NCBI GenBank assembly: GCA_973895155.1
Contig: OZ316895.1
Span: 742,435-806,434 of the forward strand
Direction: 5' to 3'
Length of the DNA stretch: 64,000 bases
Source of the DNA: Marsupella aquatica
Lineage: Eukaryota > Plantae > Marchantiophyta
Shown here: piece by piece, positions 61,407-64,000 of the stretch
Layout of the letters: each line of letters opens with the position of its first letter
How positions within the stretch are numbered: the stretch's first letter is position 1
The notes under the pieces: generated by a model
The model's input: only the letters and a program-made list of their open reading frames with translations
Databases searched by the model: none
Told to the model about the DNA's origin: nothing
Program-made: the position numbers and the translations under genes

Positions 61407-64000
61407 ATGGGGAAGCCTATCCAGTTCCAGCAGGAGGAAGAGCATCAATCGACAGTGGATGATCCGGGGGTCGAAGATCACGACACAGACAGCAAGCTGT
61501 TGAAGCTGCTGAAAGACTTGGATCCATGGACCGCTTGGGCGTATAATCCGCATACAGTTACTGTCCTGGTTTTGGGTTCTTGCTTTGTTATGTGAGTACT
61601 CCAATCCTGCACATCAATTTCTGGCATGAAGGGCTCCACTGGAATCAGTTAGACATCTTTGCCTCCATCAAGGCTTGGTTTCCTGCACAGGTTTGGTCGA
61701 GCAGGAGGGATTTTGGAGTTTTCGTTACGCTGCAGTGGTCAAGTTTTAACTAAGCGTTGTGGATTTCGTATACACCATGTATCTTCTTTTCTTTCCGCTG
61801 AATGCTGACTTAGTTCTGGATTTTCAGTTGGGCAAGTGGTGCACTCCAACCACAGGAGCAGGGAAAGGATCCTGTTGCAAATACGAAAGTGTGAGTCAGT
61901 GAGGGTTCTTCTTTTCCTTGCGCTGGAATTAAGGAGTAGCATTTGATGTTTGGAGACCAGATGAAGTTGTCGTCTGCTGTGGTGAATCTCTCTGAATCAG
62001 ATCGTTTCGGAGTTCCGACGAAAATTCAGGAGATATTGATATAAGGCTAAACATGTTTAGCCTATCCCGTTAATTCTGTTTCCATCCATGTTTCTCTTAT
62101 CACCACGAATTGGCATATGGCTAAGCTTTATCAGAGTTTAGAACTCTAAGCTAGTGACCTGAGGTGTTATCGAGACAGTGCATGGCCGAAATGTCTTCAA
62201 ACTAATGCACGATAATATGATTATACATGCAGCGGTGTTTGGGCTGTTGTAGCTGTTTTACTGGGCTACTTCACTCTTCAAGCACCACCGACGTAAGTCG
62301 TTCAGATGATGTCTGCACCACGTGGATTTCTACCTGATTATGTTCTCGTCAACAAGATATGTTGCATTGCTAGTCTGGTTTGGTGATGATAGAGTTTGCA
62401 AAGGGGTAGCTTGAAGTAATTGCTTCTTGAATTACCCGAATTCTAACCCTCAGATTTACGCAGGATATTAATACGACCCCATCCTGCTTTCTGGCGCCTA
62501 GTTCATGGCATAGCTGTGGTCTACCTCCTCTTCTTAACGTTCCTTTTGTTTCAGGTATATATCGTTTGCCCTGGCAAGCGGGACTTTTATTATAACTGCC
62601 TCTTGACTGTTTTGGTAGACCGTTTCAATTCAAAACTCTGACATTGATTCTGTTTGTAAAACAGACTCGAGATGGTGCCCAGCAATTCATGAAGTTCTTA
62701 CATCCTGATCTTGGAGTGGGTATGACTGCCACATCCCCAAATCTAGGAATCCGTACAGCCGTTTGGGTCACTGATTGTAGTGATGACTTGCAGATGTCAC
62801 AAACATTTGAGTATCAGAAGTTTGTCAGACCCACAAAGTTACAGATTGGGATTTGACAATCAATTTTGATTCGTATAAATGTTTTACAGAGCTTGAAGAG
62901 AGGACATATGGCGCTGACTGCCGAATATATACACCAGAAAATCCAGACAGCAAGATTGCCAATGTCAAGGTATGTCCTGCAACTTGGGCTTCCACAATAA
63001 GGACCAGGTTTCCCCAAATGTGTCATATCCTGGAAGGGCACGGTCCATAACATAACGGTCATTTTTGCTAGCACTAGTCTTGGGCAAGTCTGTAACAATC
63101 CAACTCTCTGTTGTTTCCCTGGGCACTGTGAACATCATTTAGCCGTGTGCTTTTGCAGGACACCTTATTTGATGAATTTGTTATTGCACACATCCTTGGT
63201 TGGTGGGGTAAATCTATCATGGTCCGCAGCCAAGCTCTATCTTGGATGCTATCAATCGGCTTTGAGATGATGGAGGTATAAATGCAGAATTCATTAATTA
63301 TTCTTGCTATTCATCTTGCTCACTTCTAGAGATTCGTTTCTACGTCACATTGAAGTTTACTTGTTCAATACCCCTTCATTGGATAGCAACGCAGCTGAAG
63401 ATGGAAGAAGCACTGGGCAAGAGTAGTTTATTTCCTGTCACAAGTCCACCATGTTACTTGTGAAGAGCTTTAAATTTGCGTATCGCAATCCAGGTGACTT
63501 TCAATCATATGTTGCCAAACTTCAATGAATGTTGGTGGGACAGCCTTATCCTTGATATAGCAATTTGCAACTTTCTAGGTATGATCACTCGATTCTGGAA
63601 TTGCTGGCTCATGTTTTTTGATAACAAAATAAAATGACAAGTCCGGATACTTGAGATTTTCGGACCTGGAAATGCCTCGAGAGGGAGCAAATAATTCTCT
63701 CAAGGGTAACTTATATGTTGGCGTATTTGTTCCGAGCAGTGTTTAAACCTTGTGTGGTTATTCTTGAATCTCGTGCGTTACGTTCACTCTCGCTTATGCA
63801 GTAGGCTTTCTATTGAGGTCATTCTTGTCGAATTCTCAGGCATATGGGCTGGATTAAGAACTGTACGCTATTTTGAGGGAAAAACATATGCATGGGTGGG
63901 ATTGAGCCGGCAGCCTACCATGTTTGGCAAGGTATTTGGGATCTTACTTACCAACCGCTGTGACAGGCTTCATACGTGTGTTTGAAGTGGGCTTTGTATG
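61407..64000 (+). CDS. PSS1: Phosphatidylserine synthase (base-exchange type), first nine exons; continues beyond the window
   Basis: Exons encode [95 protein letters not shown] and [22 protein letters not shown], with GT-AG introns. Confidence 0.96.

Overview
Eukaryotic land-plant genomic DNA (spliceosomal introns, Ty1/copia elements; a non-seed plant is an inference). The left ~30 kb looks like one decaying giant DNA transposon whose ends are not visible. On + it carries a Sola-like/DUF7869-type DDD transposase. On - it carries a divergent cargo cluster: a small Cys-rich ORF, three tandem F-box-like genes, and a ~1,900-codon six-exon gene joining a ParB/Srx-like domain, a degenerate beta-class N6/N4 DNA-methyltransferase-like region, repeats, a Ulp1 SUMO protease and possibly an FCP1/NIF HAD motif. 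About 28 copies of a 16-bp palindrome, ACGCG-N6-CGCGT, lie in its introns, intergenic gaps and tandem arrays, and I found none elsewhere. Three TG...CA, 5-bp-TSD solo-LTR-like insertions sit inside it. Two are copies of a 4.65-kb unit and one is a 2.67-kb unit; each carries its own coiled-coil ORF behind a TATA box. The right half holds a truncated Bianca-like copia, a Tork/Tnt1-like copia with a nested solo LTR, MITEs, a retroposed fragment, and three host genes: EDR4/XLG-like, Aha1_N, and the 5' part of phosphatidylserine synthase. All domain calls come from reading motifs by eye; no searches were run.
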